Part shown: piece by piece, positions 45,722-55,228 of the stretch
How the letters are laid out: each line of letters starts with the position of its first letter
Position numbering within the stretch: the stretch's first letter is position 1
Source of the DNA: Dehalococcoidia bacterium
Lineage (GTDB): Bacteria > Chloroflexota > Dehalococcoidia > Lucifugimonadales > UBA3495
Assembly: GCA_965243255.1 (NCBI GenBank)
Contig: CBDEUH010000004.1
Location: 1,598,979-1,662,978, forward strand
Direction: 5' to 3'
DNA: 64,000 nucleotides
The notes under the pieces: model-generated
What the model was told of the DNA's origin: nothing
The model's input: only the letters and a program-made list of their open reading frames with translations
Database searches by the model: none
Program-made: the position numbers and the translations under genes

Positions 45722-46212
45722 TCAAGTTGGGGTTGTGGGGACGCCGGTGAGGGGCGTAGCGATGTGGCCGTTCGGGTTTGAGGTTCGTGGTATCGGCTTC
45801 ATTTTGGTTGGCTCCTTCGGATTGGGATTCGGTTTTCGGTAGGTTGGGCAGCCTGCGAGAGGTAAGGTGGTCGTTGTCAGCCCCACGGCCGGGGGTTGGT
45901 TACGCACTTCCACATAGGTGTTTTCGTACGAGCATGTAGTTAGCCGCACTGGCCGCAGTGGTATCGCGCCGTTGCCACTTCCGGTGTCTATGACGGTCAT
46001 CTGTTATCCGCCAATGGCAGCTGTGGCCGCACCGTTGTCACTTCCAGTGTTTGTGACGGCGATCTGTTATCCGTCAATGGCAGCAGTGACCGCACCGGCG
46101 TGCGTTGTTAGGATTTGCTGACGGTTGTGGCCGTTGACGACCGGAACCGTGATGGTTCTTGATTTACCTCGTTGCAGGCTGTGGGTTACCGATGATTCAC
46201 GCGTGTAGGGAT
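45722..46212 (-). ncRNA. Candidate novel structured RNA, copy 2 (diverged homolog of 11313-11834; approximate ends)
   Basis: Same block order as copy 1. Long-range helix 46129-46142 / 45869-45890. Two good modules plus one degenerate module (45903-46097). GGAAGUG occurs three times. C/A-rich tail with GGAGCCAACC. In-frame stop codons fall where copy 1 has an ORF. Confidence 0.5.
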
Positions 46213-46242
46213 ATTATGAACGAATGTTCGGTCAATTGTCAA
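46213..46242 (-). promoter_or_regulatory. Promoter TTGACA-18-CATAAT of RNA copy 2
   Basis: Hexamers and spacing are identical to copy 1, and the spacer is 15/18 identical. Confidence 0.55.
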
Positions 46243-46467
46243 TAGGCCGGCGTCGGTGATGTTGAGGGCGGTTTTGAGGACCCGGGGTTGTCGCCCCCCG
46301 GGTGATGTAGGCTCGCGGTTGTGTCGGAACCGGCGGAGGTTTTGAAGGTGCAGTGGGCCGGCATATCGCCGCTTGCTTCAGTTAAAGCGTATAATAGGCG
46401 ACGCGCCGGGCGGCGGGGCCGCGGTCCGGCAGGCAACGCAAACACACTGACAGGGAGCGGATGAGTC

Positions 46468-47658
46468 ATGCCCAGCAACGCCGAATACATCGCCATTGAG
46501 CAGAAATACTACGCGCAGACGGTGCGCCGCCGGCCGGTGGTCATCGTCCGGGGCGAAGGCTCCCGAGTGTGGGACGCCGACGGCAAGGAGTACATCGACT
46601 TTGTGGCCGGCTGGGCCGTGGACAACCTGGGGCACTGCCCTCCGGTGGTGGTAGACGCCATCGCGCAGCAGGCGGCGACGCTGATCCAGACGTCCAACCA
46701 GTTCTACACGCTGCCGCAACTGGACATCGCCGAGATGCTGATCGAGAACTCGTGCATGGACCGGGTGTTTTTCTGCAACAGCGGCGCGGAGGCAGTGGAG
46801 GGCGCGCTGAAGCTGGCCCGTCGCTACGGCAAGCTGCACAAGAACGGGGCCTATGAAGTCATCACCGCGTTCAACTCCTTCCACGGGCGGACGATGAACG
46901 CCGTGGCCGCCACCGGGCAGCCGCACTACCACGAACTGTTTGAGCCCATCCCGGAAGGGTTCACCTACGTTGACTTCAACGACGTGGAAGCGGTGATGAA
47001 CGCCACCACGGAGAACACGGTGGCCGTGATGGTGGAGCCGGTGCAGGGCGAAGGCGGCGTCAACATTCCCGATTCCGACTACTTTGTTCGCCTGCGCCAG
47101 TGGTGCGATGAGAACGACATCCTGCTGATTTTGGACGAGGTGCAGACGGGCATGGGCCGGTTGGGCAGCCTGTTCGGCCACCAGGAATACGACGTAGAGC
47201 CGGACGTGATGATACTGGCCAAGGGCCTGGGCTACGGCGTGCCCATCGGCGCTTTTTTGTCGAAGGAATCGGCGATGGCGCTGACCTACGGCGACCACGG
47301 CAGCACCTTCGGGGGCAACGCGCTGACGACCGCCGCCGCTGCCGCCGGCACGCGCTACCTGTTGGACAACGACGTGCTGGGCAACGTGAGGCGGATGGAA
47401 GTGGTGCTGAACGACCAGCTCAACGGGCTGAAGGCGAAGTACGGTTTCGTAGAGGAAATCCGCTGCAAGGGTCTGCTGGCCGCCGTGCAGTTCGACAGCG
47501 ACATCATGCCGCAGGTGATGGACGCTGCCGAAGCTGCGGGGGTGCTGCTCAACGGCGTCCGTCCCAACGCGGTGCGCATCATGCCGGCGCTGAACATCAC
47601 CGAAGCGGAGATTGGCGAAGGCGTCGGCCGGCTGGACGCGGCGCTGGGGAGCCTGTAG
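46468..47658 (+). CDS. argD: Acetylornithine aminotransferase (class III PLP aminotransferase)
   Basis: FCNSGAEAVEGALKLARRY and LILDEVQTGMGRLG motifs, about 396 aa, and convergent with argG. Confidence 0.75.
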   Translation: MPSNAEYIAIEQKYYAQTVRRRPVVIVRGEGSRVWDADGKEYIDFVAGWAVDNLGHCPPVVVDAIAQQAATLIQTSNQFYTLPQLDIAEMLIENSCMDRVFFCNSGAEAVEGALKLARRYGKLHKNGAYEVITAFNSFHGRTMNAVAATGQPHYHELFEPIPEGFTYVDFNDVEAVMNATTENTVAVMVEPVQGEGGVNIPDSDYFVRLRQWCDENDILLILDEVQTGMGRLGSLFGHQEYDVEPDVMILAKGLGYGVPIGAFLSKESAMALTYGDHGSTFGGNALTTAAAAAGTRYLLDNDVLGNVRRMEVVLNDQLNGLKAKYGFVEEIRCKGLLAAVQFDSDIMPQVMDAAEAAGVLLNGVRPNAVRIMPALNITEAEIGEGVGRLDAALGSL

Positions 47659-47664
47659 GAGCAG

Positions 47665-48852
47665 CTAGCCCTGTCGCCGTCGCTGGGTGCGCGAGGGCAG
47701 GCCGTAGATGTCGATGAAGCCTTTGGCCGCCGTGTGGTCGAACTCGTCGGCGCGGTCGTAGGTGGCAAGGCCGTAGTCGTAGAGCGGGCGGTCGGCGGCG
47801 CGGCCCACCACCACGCAGGCGCCTTTATGCAGGCGCAGGCGGACGTTGCCGGTTACGTGGCGCTGGGTGCTGTCCACGTAAGCGTCCAAGTCGTGCCGGT
47901 GGGCGGTGTACCAGAGGCCGTTATAGACCAGCTCGGCGTACTCCTGGGCGATTCGTTCCTTGAAGCGACTCTGCTCGCGGGAGAGGGTCATGGTCTCCAG
48001 GGCGCGATGGGCGGCGTGGAGCAGGACGGCAGCGGGTGATTCGTACACCTCGCGGCTCTTGATGCCGACCAGTCGGTTTTCCAGGTGGTCAATGCGGCCG
48101 ATGCCGTGGGCGCCGGCCAAGCCGTTGAGATGGCTAATGAGGGCGACGCCGGCCATGGTTTCGCCGTCAACCGACGTGGGGATGCCTTCCTCGAAGCGTA
48201 TTTCCACGTAGGCGGGCTCGTCGGGCGCGGAGGCCGGGCTGGTGGTCCACTCGTAGGCGTCTTCGGGGGGTTCGTTCCAGGGGTCTTCCAGCTCGCCGGC
48301 CTCGGCGCTGCGGCCCCAGAGGTTTTCGTCGGTGCTGTACTTGTTGTTGGACGGAGCGATGGGGAGGTTGCGCTGGCGGGCGTACTCCACCTCGTCCTCT
48401 CGGTTCATGCCCCATTCCCGGATGGGGGCGATGAGCTCCACGCCGGGGGCCAGGGTGGATACACCCACCTCGATACGCACCTGGTCGTTGCCCTTGCCGG
48501 TGCAGCCGTGGGCCACGGCGTCGGCGTTGTGCTCACGGGCCACGTCGGCCAAGTAGCGGGCGATGAGGGGACGGCCCAACGCAGTAGCCAGCGGATACTG
48601 TCCCTCGTAAATCGCCCCGGCGCGGAGAGCGGGCCAGAGAAACTCGTTGACCAGGGTCTCCCGGCCATCCACGGTAACCGCCTCCGACGCACCGACGGCA
48701 TAGGCACGCTGGCGGATGGTTTCCAGATCCACCATGCCCAGGTCGATAGTACAGGTGATTACCTCGGCGTCGTACTGGTCCTGCAACCAGGGCACGGCTA
48801 CGGAGGTATCGAGGCCGCCGGAGTAAGCGAGGACGATTTTCTTGCTGGCCAT
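47665..48852 (-). CDS. argG: Argininosuccinate synthase
   Basis: AYSGGLDTSV ATP-PPase motif, GCTGKGNDQVR, and the typical length. Confidence 0.92.
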   Translation of the reverse strand: MASKKIVLAYSGGLDTSVAVPWLQDQYDAEVITCTIDLGMVDLETIRQRAYAVGASEAVTVDGRETLVNEFLWPALRAGAIYEGQYPLATALGRPLIARYLADVAREHNADAVAHGCTGKGNDQVRIEVGVSTLAPGVELIAPIREWGMNREDEVEYARQRNLPIAPSNNKYSTDENLWGRSAEAGELEDPWNEPPEDAYEWTTSPASAPDEPAYVEIRFEEGIPTSVDGETMAGVALISHLNGLAGAHGIGRIDHLENRLVGIKSREVYESPAAVLLHAAHRALETMTLSREQSRFKERIAQEYAELVYNGLWYTAHRHDLDAYVDSTQRHVTGNVRLRLHKGACVVVGRAADRPLYDYGLATYDRADEFDHTAAKGFIDIYGLPSRTQRRRQG

Positions 48853-48895
48853 TGGCGGTTGACTCCTTTGTCAATAACGATGCTGGCCGTCTATT

Positions 48896-49552
48896 CTACC
48901 AGCCGTTCCAGTGCACGATGTCTTCCAGCGACTCCCGATGGGCCGGGCGGAAACGGTCGCCGATGGTGTAGGCCATGGGGATCAGGCCGGCCTGCATCAC
49001 CCGGCGGTAGGGGATGCCCAGAACCTCGGCGGCCTCCTCTTCCCGCATCAGGTGGATGCACGTGAAGACGGAGCCGAGGCCGCGGGCGCGGGCGGCCAGC
49101 ATCAGGCTCCAAGCCGCCGGCATAATGGTTCCCCACTGGGCGCTCTGCACCAGCGCCGGGGCCGAATCGGTGCGCCCGGCGATGCAGGGGATTACCATTA
49201 CCGGGGCGCGGTGCAGGTTGTCGGCCAGGTACTGGGCCGAATCGCCCACCCTTTCCTGCACGGCGGCGCGGATTGGGTCCTGGTATTGGAGGTTAGTGGC
49301 CGCGGTAGGGGACTGGGTGTACTGCTGCCAACCCTGGCGGTACAGCTCGGCCAGCGCCAGCCGCTTGTCGGCATCGGTAACGACCATGAAGTGCCAGTTC
49401 TGCCGGTTGCTGGCGGTGGGAGCCTGCTGGGCCACGGCGAGGCATTCTTGGATAACCTCATCGGGCACGGGACGGTCGAAATCCAGCCGCTTGCGGACGG
49501 CGCGGGTGGTAGTAAGCAGTTCATCGGGCGGCAGGTTGTGAACAACGGGCAT
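48896..49552 (-). CDS. Nitroreductase family protein
   Basis: TTRAVRKRLDFDRPVP...AQQAPTASNRQNWHFMVV is the typical N-terminal FMN-binding region. Confidence 0.85.
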   Translation of the reverse strand: MPVVHNLPPDELLTTTRAVRKRLDFDRPVPDEVIQECLAVAQQAPTASNRQNWHFMVVTDADKRLALAELYRQGWQQYTQSPTAATNLQYQDPIRAAVQERVGDSAQYLADNLHRAPVMVIPCIAGRTDSAPALVQSAQWGTIMPAAWSLMLAARARGLGSVFTCIHLMREEEAAEVLGIPYRRVMQAGLIPMAYTIGDRFRPAHRESLEDIVHWNGW

Positions 49553-49636
49553 GGCGATTGGCTCCTACTCGATGATGGGAGGATAAATCATATCACCTGC
49601 TTTGCACCGGTAGCCGTGGATGATTAAATCCCCTGG

Positions 49637-49656
49637 ATTCCCGCCTTCGCGGGAAT
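49637..49656. repeat. REP-like palindrome ATTCCCGC-N4-GCGGGAAT followed by GACGG
   Basis: Third copy of the palindrome. Intergenic. Confidence 0.7.
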
Positions 49657-49772
49657 GACGGTTTTAGCTGGGCGGATGGGGGGCGTTGTGCCAAAGGGCG
49701 TGAAAAAGTGGTAACCTTGCGGCAAGGGCTGGAACCTGAAACTGCCATACCTTTTTGAGGGAACGCTACGTT

Positions 49773-50939
49773 ATGACTATCGCCACCCGCATGAGCCGCC
49801 TGGGAACCGAATCTGCCTTCGAGGTGCTGGCCAAAGCCCGCGCTCTGGAAGCGCAAGGCAGGGAAATCATTCACCTGGAAATCGGAGAACCCGATTTTGA
49901 GACTCCCGAGCACATCGTCCAGGCCGGCATCAAGGCTCTGCAGGATGGCTACACGCACTACGGTCCAACGCCGGGGCTGCCGGAGTTGCGCCAGGCGGTG
50001 GCTCGCAACAGCCGGGAAGTGCGCGGGATCGACACCGACTGGGAGCAGGTGGTGGTTACGCCGGGGGCCAAGCCGATAATGTTCTACGTGCTGCTGGCCC
50101 TGGCCGAAGCCGGCGCCGAGGTTATCTACCCCAACCCCGGCTTCCCCATATACGAGTCGATGATTGAGTTCAGCGGTGCCAAAGCGGTGCCGATGCAGCT
50201 GCTGGAAGACCGGGCTTATCATCCCGACCTGAGCAAGCTGCCCGGGATGGTGAACGAAAATACGCGGCTGCTCATCATAAATTCGCCGGAGAATCCGTGC
50301 GGTTCCGCACTGACGGGAGAGGAGCTGGAGACCATAGCGGACGTGGTGCGCAGCCATCCCGACATGTACGTGATGTCCGATGAAATCTACAAGGACATCC
50401 TGTACTCCGGCGAGCACCACAGCATCGCCGCGCTGCCCGGCATGGCCGACCGCACCATCATCCTGGACGGTTTCTCCAAGAGCTACGCCATGACCGGCTG
50501 GCGGCTGGGCTACGGCATAATGCCCGATGAGCTGGTGCCCCACGTGTCTCGCCTGGCGACCAACAGCGTGTCGTGCGCGGCGTCGTTCAGCCAGATGGCC
50601 GGCGTGGCGGCGTTGGACGGGCCGCAGGACGCGGTGCAGGAGATGGCCGCGGAGTTCGGGCGGAGGCGGCGACTCATCGCCGACGGGTTGCAGTCCATCC
50701 CCGGCATCAACTGCCCCGAACCGGAGGGAGCGTTCTACGCTTTTCCCAGCATCAAGGACACCGGGCTCACCAGCGCCGAATTTGAAGACCGGGCCATGCA
50801 GGAGGCGGGCGTCGCGCTGCTGTCCGGATCGGCCTTTGGCGAGTTCGGCGAGGGGTATGTGCGGCTGTCCTACGCCAACAGCCAGGAAAACATCAGCAAG
50901 GCGCTGGAAAGTCTGGACGCAATGGTGCGCGGACTGTAA
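49773..50939 (+). CDS. Class I PLP aminotransferase (aspartate/aromatic aminotransferase-like)
   Basis: LDGFSKSYAMTGWRLGY (PLP lysine) and INSPENPCG. The start is set at ATG 49773. Confidence 0.85.
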   Translation: MTIATRMSRLGTESAFEVLAKARALEAQGREIIHLEIGEPDFETPEHIVQAGIKALQDGYTHYGPTPGLPELRQAVARNSREVRGIDTDWEQVVVTPGAKPIMFYVLLALAEAGAEVIYPNPGFPIYESMIEFSGAKAVPMQLLEDRAYHPDLSKLPGMVNENTRLLIINSPENPCGSALTGEELETIADVVRSHPDMYVMSDEIYKDILYSGEHHSIAALPGMADRTIILDGFSKSYAMTGWRLGYGIMPDELVPHVSRLATNSVSCAASFSQMAGVAALDGPQDAVQEMAAEFGRRRRLIADGLQSIPGINCPEPEGAFYAFPSIKDTGLTSAEFEDRAMQEAGVALLSGSAFGEFGEGYVRLSYANSQENISKALESLDAMVRGL

Positions 50940-51012
50940 CCTTACTCGACGCTACCGAATATCACGCTCGCCACGACGCAAGGCTCCGAGCCGTCGGGCA
51001 GGAGGTTTTAAC

Positions 51013-51462
51013 ATGGCAGGTCAGAAATTTACGTCCTGGGTACACGGCTCTGCGATGACCGGGGAGTACCTCAATCGCATCACGTCGGTGCGGCACTGCG
51101 GGCCCTTCGTGCGCATTGAGGGTAACGAGGGGCAGAACACCTGGGTGCATTTTGCCATCCCTACGCCCACCGTGCAGAACGGCAGTCGCACCAAGGCCGA
51201 GTCGGTGGCCGTGTCCTTCCGGGCCCGCTCTCACGCCAACGTGGCCGAGGTGCTGGTGTACGACGGTGAGAAAATCATCGCCGAGCACCTGGGCATGGCG
51301 ATGAAGGGCGACAACCTGGATGCCAGTTTCGAGATACCCGGCACCCCCGAGGTTGACCGGGGCATCAACGTGGTCGTGGGCGTTACCTTTGATCAGGGCG
51401 CGCCTGACGTCCGCTCAATGCAGGTGGAAATCGTCGGCGTCGGCGTGGACTTTGAGGGGTAG
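51013..51462 (+). CDS. Hypothetical protein (149 aa, predicted all-beta)
   Basis: GGAGG RBS 8 nt upstream of the ATG. I recognise no motif. Confidence 0.6.
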   Translation: MAGQKFTSWVHGSAMTGEYLNRITSVRHCGPFVRIEGNEGQNTWVHFAIPTPTVQNGSRTKAESVAVSFRARSHANVAEVLVYDGEKIIAEHLGMAMKGDNLDASFEIPGTPEVDRGINVVVGVTFDQGAPDVRSMQVEIVGVGVDFEG

Positions 51463-51465
51463 GGA

Positions 51466-51753
51466 CTACACCCCTTCGACGATCATCACGTTGGAGACGG
51501 TGGACTGGATGCGGAGTTCCTTCGGCCCGGCGTAGTCGTCGGAGTAATACCACTCCTTCGCCTTCTCCAGGCTGTCGAACTCCAGCACCACCGTCCGACG
51601 CTCCGGTTGGTCGCCTTCGACGACCGAAACCTGGCCGCCGCGGACGAGGTAGCGTCCGCCGTGCTTTTCGATGGTTGCCGGCACCTGGCCCCGGTACACC
51701 TCGAACTGCTCCGGGTCGGTGACCTCAATGGTGGCTATGATGTAACCGGCCAT
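51466..51753 (-). CDS. DUF1330 family protein
   Basis: MAGYIIATIEVTDPEQFEVYRGQV...EFDSLEKAKEWYYSDDY matches the DUF1330 pattern. The start is set at ATG 51753, which has a GGAG RBS. Confidence 0.75.
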   Translation of the reverse strand: MAGYIIATIEVTDPEQFEVYRGQVPATIEKHGGRYLVRGGQVSVVEGDQPERRTVVLEFDSLEKAKEWYYSDDYAGPKELRIQSTVSNVMIVEGV

Positions 51754-51767
51754 GTCGCTCCTTTCCT

Positions 51768-52766
51768 TTACGACTGCGTCAGTTCCCGGATGGTTTCGGT
51801 CAGCGCCGGCAGCACCCGCTCCCAATCGCCTACCACGCCGTAGCGGGCGTCCTTGAAGATGTTGGCGTCGGCGTCCTTGTTGATGGCCACGATGGCCTTG
51901 GAGCCACTGCAGCCGGCCATGTGCTGGCTGGCGCCGGAGATGGCGACGGTGATGTACAGGTCGGGGGTGATGGTCTTGCCGGTCAGCCCCACCTGGTAGT
52001 TGGCCGGAACCCAGCCGGAGTCCACAGCGGCCCGGGACGCACCGACGGCGCCGCCAAGCAGGGTGGCCAACTCCTCCAGCTGGGTGAAGGGTTCGGGGCC
52101 GCCCAGGCCGCGCCCGCCAGAGACGACGATGCGGGCGTCTTCCAGCTTGATGCCCTCGGCCTCTTCCTTCACCACGTCGATGACGCGGGTTTTGGCCGCG
52201 GCGGGATCGATTTCCACCGGGAACGCCACCACCTGGCCGCTGCGAGACGGGTCGGCGTCCAGGGGTTCGTAGGTCTTGGGGCGGATGGCGGCGATCTGCG
52301 GAGTCTGGTTGCAGCTGACAACGGCCACGGCGCTGCCGCCGTACACCGGACGGTTGGCCAGCAGCCGGCCGGTACCGGCGTCGGCGGACACTTCCAGGCA
52401 GTCCTGGGCCAGACCGACGCCCAGGCGGAAGGCCAATCTGGGGGCCAGTTCCCGGCCCTCGTTGTTGCGGGCAACCAGGATGATACCGGGGTTGACTTCG
52501 CCGGCCAGGGTCTGCATCGCCGAGAGGTAGAGGTCAGGGTGGTAGTCGGCCAGGGCCGGATTGGTTACGGCGTAGGCCTTATCTGCGCCGTGGGCGATGG
52601 CCTGCTGCGGCGCATTGGCCGGGTCGGCGCCGATGACTCCGATGGCGAGTTCCTGGCCCAGAGTGTCGGCCAGGCTGCGGCCGGCGGCCAGCAGTTCCTG
52701 AGCGGTGGCGGCGAGTTCACCCTGGGGCGCATCGCCGAAAACTAGAATCCCGGTAGCGTCGGCCAT
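51768..52766 (-). CDS. etfA: Electron transfer flavoprotein subunit alpha
   Basis: VSGGRGLG and the C-terminal FAD-binding block [18 protein letters not shown]...IVAINKD. Confidence 0.9.
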   Translation of the reverse strand: MADATGILVFGDAPQGELAATAQELLAAGRSLADTLGQELAIGVIGADPANAPQQAIAHGADKAYAVTNPALADYHPDLYLSAMQTLAGEVNPGIILVARNNEGRELAPRLAFRLGVGLAQDCLEVSADAGTGRLLANRPVYGGSAVAVVSCNQTPQIAAIRPKTYEPLDADPSRSGQVVAFPVEIDPAAAKTRVIDVVKEEAEGIKLEDARIVVSGGRGLGGPEPFTQLEELATLLGGAVGASRAAVDSGWVPANYQVGLTGKTITPDLYITVAISGASQHMAGCSGSKAIVAINKDADANIFKDARYGVVGDWERVLPALTETIRELTQS

Positions 52767-52808
52767 TGCAGTAAGTCTCCGTATCAGTGTGTCCGAATCC
52801 TGGGCGGG

Positions 52809-53609
52809 TTAAATGAACCGGTCTTCGCGCAGTTTCAGCGCCAATTGGCGGGCGGCGTCGGCGTCATCGTCGCCCTCGATAATCTCGCACTCCTGGTCTC
52901 TCACGGGCACAAACAGGTCGTGGAGCGTCAGGCGCGGTTCCAGCTGGCCTTCGTCCAGGTCAAGGTCGCCGGTGGTCCAAACGGTGGGGCGCTTGCGGGT
53001 GGCCGCCATGATGCCGCGCAGCGTGGGATAGCGGGGCTGGCCCAGTTCGTTGCTGACGGTAACCAGGGCCGGCAGGTCGGCTTCGACGACTTCATAGCCG
53101 TCGGGAGCCAATCGCTCGACCACCACCTTGCTGTCCTGCACGTCCACCTTTTTGCCCAGGGTAATGCAGGCCATCCCCAGCGTTTCGGCAACGCCCAGGG
53201 GCACCTGCGCGTTATCCCAGTCCGATGCCTGGCGGCCGCAGATGATAAGGTCAAACCCGCCCAACTTGTTGATGGCGGCACTGAGCAGCTGGACGGTGAA
53301 GAAGGAATCGACGGAGTTGGCGAAGGCGTCATCCTGCAGGAGCACCAGTTCGTCAGCCCCCATGGACAGCGGCTTTTTCATCACATCCAGAGCGAAGGAA
53401 GTACCGGAGGAAATGACGGTGATATTCGCCCCCTGTTCATCCTTGATTTGCAGTGCGGCTTCAACTGCGTTTTCGTCGAAACCGTTGACCACCGGCGGTA
53501 TATTGGCCGGCGGGACGACCTCGCGGGCGTTGGGGTCGATACGGAAGGCGGCGGCCGGCATTTCAGGGTCAACGACCTGCTTGGCCAACACGCAAATGTT
53601 CACGGACAT
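52809..53609 (-). CDS. etfB: Electron transfer flavoprotein subunit beta
   Basis: MSVNICVLAKQVVD, DLIICGRQASDWD and the recognition-loop region. The start is set at ATG 53609. Confidence 0.9.
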   Translation of the reverse strand: MSVNICVLAKQVVDPEMPAAAFRIDPNAREVVPPANIPPVVNGFDENAVEAALQIKDEQGANITVISSGTSFALDVMKKPLSMGADELVLLQDDAFANSVDSFFTVQLLSAAINKLGGFDLIICGRQASDWDNAQVPLGVAETLGMACITLGKKVDVQDSKVVVERLAPDGYEVVEADLPALVTVSNELGQPRYPTLRGIMAATRKRPTVWTTGDLDLDEGQLEPRLTLHDLFVPVRDQECEIIEGDDDADAARQLALKLREDRFI

Positions 53610-53782
53610 GGGTAAGCTGCTCCCGTCGAAAATCGTAAAAGGTGCTCTGTGAAAGTTATCACTAGCCCATTGCAGTGTCAAACTGCGGCGGCCTTGCCAA
53701 CATTTACATTAGCGATGACATTTATTTGCGGCTTGTGGTAATCTTGGCGTACGCCACAAAGAACCGGAGTGAGGAAAACCCT

Positions 53783-55228
53783 ATGTGCGCTATGGTAAAG
53801 AACCGCAATGGACTGACGGTCACCACAGCCTCGCCGGCTGCTGCCGACCTGTACCAGGAAGGGGTGGACCTGGTGCTTTCGCAGAATTATGGGCCCGAAG
53901 AGAAAATTCGGGCGGCGATTGAAGCCGACGACGGCTTTGCCATGGCCAACGTAGCGCTGGCCTACGTTCTGCACCTCCAGATGAACGTCCCGGCGGCCCG
54001 GGAGGCCGCTGAGCGCGGCGTTGAACTCTCGGCCGGTCTTTCGCGGGAAGAACGGCAGTTGGCGCAGATCATGCACTGCTTCACCCACGGCAAGGGACGC
54101 GAGGCCATCAAACTCATCCACGAGCACATGGAGGATTTCCCCACCGACACTTTGGCCATGCGCGTCGCTCAGCGACTCTACATGCTCGGCTGCTTTGGCG
54201 CCGGCGTGCCCGACTTTCCCAGCCACCTGATGGCGATGATGCGCAAAGTGGCCCCGGCCAACGGCGATGAGTGGTCGTTCCTGGGTCAGTATGCCTTCGC
54301 CCACCACGAGACCAACCAGCCGGAAAAGGCGATGGAGTTGGCGTTGCGCTCGCTGGAGGGCAACCCGCAGAACGCAGTGGCCAGCCACTCTGTAACCCAC
54401 TCTTACTTTGAACAGGGCGACGCGGCCAACGGCGGGGCATGGCTCGCTGACTGGCTGGACAGGTTTGACCGCCGGGCGGCATACAACGTCCATCTTTCCT
54501 GGCACCTGGCTCTCTTTGAACTGGCGCAGGGCCGATACCGGGAGACCCTTGACCTGTACGAAACACACATCCGGCCTGGGGTCCAGGCGCGGAACTTGTC
54601 CAACCTGCAGGACGCCGCGTCGCTGATGTGGCGGCTGCAAATCTATTCGGGTGAACAACCCGGCAAGCCGTGGGACGAGGTTCGGGACATGGCTATGCCG
54701 GCCGCGACCGGCCCCGGAGCGGCATTCCGGGACTGCCATGCCGCCCTGGCCTTCGCCGGCGCCGGCGATGCCGACGCCACGCAGCAGCTGGTTGACCGCC
54801 TCACCGCCCAGGGCGAAAAGGGCGATGACCTCTCTCGTGAGATGACCCTGCCCATCGCGTTGGGCGCCGCCGCGTTCGCTTCCGGCGATTACGATACCGC
54901 CGCCGACCTGATGGGGCCGACCTACCCGATGCTGGCCCGCATCGGAGGCAGCCACGCCCAGCGAGAAGTCTTTGAGGATACCCTGCTGGAAACCTACATT
55001 CGCGCTGGCCGTTACGATGAAGCCAAGGCGATGCTGGACGAAAGGCTGTCCCGGCGCTCGTCGGTACGGGATACGTACTGGCTGGGCCGGCTGGAAGCCG
55101 AGGCAGTGCGGGGCAACCCGGAGGCTTCGCGGGAGCTGTTGGTTCGGGCGCGGGCCGCCTGGGCGCCTACCGCCGACGAAAGGGCCGCTGAGCTGCAACG
55201 TTTGGCTACATCCGTGGATTGCGGCTAA
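53783..55228 (+). CDS. Tetratricopeptide-repeat protein (TTC38-like)
   Basis: About 480-aa all-helical protein with repeated A/L/Y TPR-like periodicity. Assigned by resemblance only. Confidence 0.55.
   Translation: MCAMVKNRNGLTVTTASPAAADLYQEGVDLVLSQNYGPEEKIRAAIEADDGFAMANVALAYVLHLQMNVPAAREAAERGVELSAGLSREERQLAQIMHCFTHGKGREAIKLIHEHMEDFPTDTLAMRVAQRLYMLGCFGAGVPDFPSHLMAMMRKVAPANGDEWSFLGQYAFAHHETNQPEKAMELALRSLEGNPQNAVASHSVTHSYFEQGDAANGGAWLADWLDRFDRRAAYNVHLSWHLALFELAQGRYRETLDLYETHIRPGVQARNLSNLQDAASLMWRLQIYSGEQPGKPWDEVRDMAMPAATGPGAAFRDCHAALAFAGAGDADATQQLVDRLTAQGEKGDDLSREMTLPIALGAAAFASGDYDTAADLMGPTYPMLARIGGSHAQREVFEDTLLETYIRAGRYDEAKAMLDERLSRRSSVRDTYWLGRLEAEAVRGNPEASRELLVRARAAWAPTADERAAELQRLATSVDCG

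Noticed and set aside
11277-46242. The two inverted element copies as ends of a 35-kb composite transposon or invertible segment
   Set aside because: No transposase, integrase or invertase is present. The interior holds housekeeping genes (recF, pcrA, tRNAs). The copies are too diverged and indel-rich for efficient homologous inversion, and no target-site duplication was seen.
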